DNA from: Kiritimatiella glycovorans
GTDB lineage: Bacteria; Verrucomicrobiota; Kiritimatiellia; Kiritimatiellales; Kiritimatiellaceae
Assembly: GCF_001017655.1 (NCBI RefSeq)
Contig: NZ_CP010904.1
Span: forward strand, 2,580,001-2,612,000
Direction: 5' to 3'
DNA: 32,000 nt
Shown: positions 30,546 to 32,000 of the stretch, in pieces
Layout: every line of letters begins with the position of its first letter
Position numbering within the stretch: the stretch's first letter is position 1
Translations under genes and position numbers: made by a program
Notes under the pieces: model-generated
What the model saw: the letters and a program-made list of their open reading frames with translations, nothing else
Database searches by the model: none
What the model was told of the DNA's origin: nothing

Positions 30546-30861
30546 TTCAAGTTTCAACAGTCAACGGGACACTTCCTGGCGCACAGAACCGGCGCACAAC
30601 TGATCACGCTGGACGACGATCTATTGAAGCTGCGATCCGAGTGTGCGTTTATATGTGCGCCGTGCGACATTACGTTTTCATGAATCGCCTCAGGAAATGA
30701 ACTTCAGGGTTGCGCCGGATCGGTTACCGCGGCCCGCTGTCGCCCAGGACCTTCAACCGCACGGACTGGGAGGACGATCTGGAGCGTGTCGCACGCCGGG
30801 GCGTGGAACGGATTCGTTCCCTGACCGGCGAACTCCGGATAGCGGAAAAAGTTCGCAGTAG

Positions 30862-31009
30862 GCCCGCAGACCCGCGCAGCGGGACCAGGGCCGTGATCTT
30901 TCACGTGCCTGGCCTGCCGGAGGCAGGCGTACGGCGCTACTACGAACGATATCACGCGCCTGGCCTGCCCGAGGGGCAGGCGTGCGGCGCTACTACGAAC
31001 TTATCTACG
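30862..31009. repeat. REP-like repeat, locus 2 (leader + two tandem stem-loop units)
   Basis: The leader GCCCGCAGACCCGCGCAGCGGGACCAGGGCCGTGATCTT is followed by unit b 30907-30957 (GCCTGCC-GGA-GGCAGGC) and unit c 30958-31009 (GCCTGCCC-GAG-GGGCAGGC). Each unit ends ...CGGCGCTACTACGAAC. It abuts the ahcY stop. Confidence 0.8.
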
Positions 31010-31010
31010 A

Positions 31011-32000
31011 TCAGTACCGATAGTGCGCCGGCTTGAACGGTCCGTTCTGCGGGATGCCGAGGTACTTCGCCTGCTTCTTATTGAGCTTGTCGGTCTCAAT
31101 GCCGAGTCGCTCGATATGAAGCCGCGCGACTTCCTCGTCGAGCAGTTTCGGGAGCGTGTACACATCCAGCTCATACTTGCCGGGATTGCAGTACAGTTCC
31201 ATCTGGGCGAGCACCTGGTTCGTGAAGCTGTTGGACATCACGAAGCTCGGATGGCCCGTGGCGCAGCCGAGGTTCATCAGCCGTCCCTGCGCGAGCAGGA
31301 TAATGCTCTTCTTGTTCGGGAAGGTGATCTTGTCGACCTGCGGCTTGATGTTCGTCCACTGGTACTTGTTCAGCTTCGCCACCTGGATCTCGCTGTCGAA
31401 GTGCCCGATGTTGCAGACGATCGCCATGTCTTTCATCCTGCGCATATGGCGCTCGGTGATCGCGTCGCAGCAGCCGGTGGCCGTCACGAAGATATCGCCG
31501 ATCTGAGAGGCCTCGTCCATCGGCATGACCTCGAAGCCTTCCATGGCCGCCTGCAGGGCGCAGATGGGATCGATCTCGGTCACGATCACGCGCGCACCCT
31601 GGCCGCGGAGCGACTGGGCGCTGCCCTTGCCGACATCCCCGTAGCCGGCCACGACGGCGACCTTGCCCGAGAGCATCACGTCGGTGGCCCGCATCAGGCC
31701 GTCGACCATCGAATGGCGGCAGCCGTAGAGATTGTCGAACTTCGACTTGGTGACCGAATCGTTGACGTTGAACGCGGGGAAGAGCAGTTCGCCCTTGTCG
31801 CGCATCTGGTAGAGGCGGTGGACGCCGGTGGTCGTCTCTTCGCTGACGCCGCGGATATTCTTCGCGGTGCGCGAGAAACGGTTCGGATCCTTCTTCAACG
31901 CCTTTTTGAGCTGGTTGTAGAGGACCTCTTCCTCTTCACTTCCGGGCTTCCTGTCGAGGATCGACGGATTCTGCTCGGCCTTGTAACCGAGGTGCATGAA
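31011..32000 (-). CDS. ahcY: S-adenosyl-L-homocysteine hydrolase, C-terminal ~330 codons (5' end beyond the right edge)
   Basis: [31 protein letters not shown]-binding [20 protein letters not shown]-terminal KPAHYRY*. Confidence 0.95.
   Translation of the reverse strand, partial: FMHLGYKAEQNPSILDRKPGSEEEEVLYNQLKKALKKDPNRFSRTAKNIRGVSEETTTGVHRLYQMRDKGELLFPAFNVNDSVTKSKFDNLYGCRHSMVDGLMRATDVMLSGKVAVVAGYGDVGKGSAQSLRGQGARVIVTEIDPICALQAAMEGFEVMPMDEASQIGDIFVTATGCCDAITERHMRRMKDMAIVCNIGHFDSEIQVAKLNKYQWTNIKPQVDKITFPNKKSIILLAQGRLMNLGCATGHPSFVMSNSFTNQVLAQMELYCNPGKYELDVYTLPKLLDEEVARLHIERLGIETDKLNKKQAKYLGIPQNGPFKPAHYRY

Noticed and set aside
30546-30861. ORFs 30643-30861 (+), 30704-30955 (-) and 30710-31036 (+) between the transposase remnant and ahcY
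   Set aside because: They are short and overlap one another, partly run through REP-like repeats, and show no motifs or start-site support. They are likely non-coding IS-flank or repeat sequence.

Overview
High-GC bacterial chromosomal segment. Gene content (several Cys-type sulfatases, a PEP-CTERM protein, a pseudopilin) suggests a PVC-superphylum-like polysaccharide degrader; this is inference only.

Layout:
- 1-11.6 kb, all minus strand: a pseudopilin-like gene, three formylglycine-type sulfatases, an unassigned six-hairpin-like secreted protein, a GH78 alpha-L-rhamnosidase and a PEP-CTERM protein.
- 11.8-17.6 kb, plus strand: a GntR-HTH/LacI-type sugar-binding regulator, then pyruvate dehydrogenase E1 (aceE), E2 (aceF) and a coupled unknown 132-aa gene.
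- 17.7-27.5 kb, minus strand: the most unusual part. Three co-directional, very large, secreted paralogous mosaic proteins (931, 884 and 1393 aa). Each combines canonical EF-hand Ca2+ loops with serine-hydrolase domains and further modules: a haloalkane-dehalogenase-like domain, tandem VOC/glyoxalase domains, and a shared ~410-440-aa C-terminal module I cannot name. A 54-codon ORF absent from the ORF track bridges two of them with ATGA overlaps at both ends.
- 27.6-31.0 kb: a hicAB toxin-antitoxin pair and a mobile-element graveyard. It holds an IS3-family element with an A8 frameshift site and an IS256-like transposase pseudogene cut by that IS3 and by two copies of a 144-bp MITE. A third identical MITE copy sits at 17.65 kb, and all three have 9-bp target-site duplications.
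- A REP-like stem-loop repeat family occurs at 12.9 kb and 30.9 kb.
- The window ends inside ahcY.

I saw no rRNA, tRNA or CRISPR array. All family calls rest on motif recognition by eye; no database search was possible.
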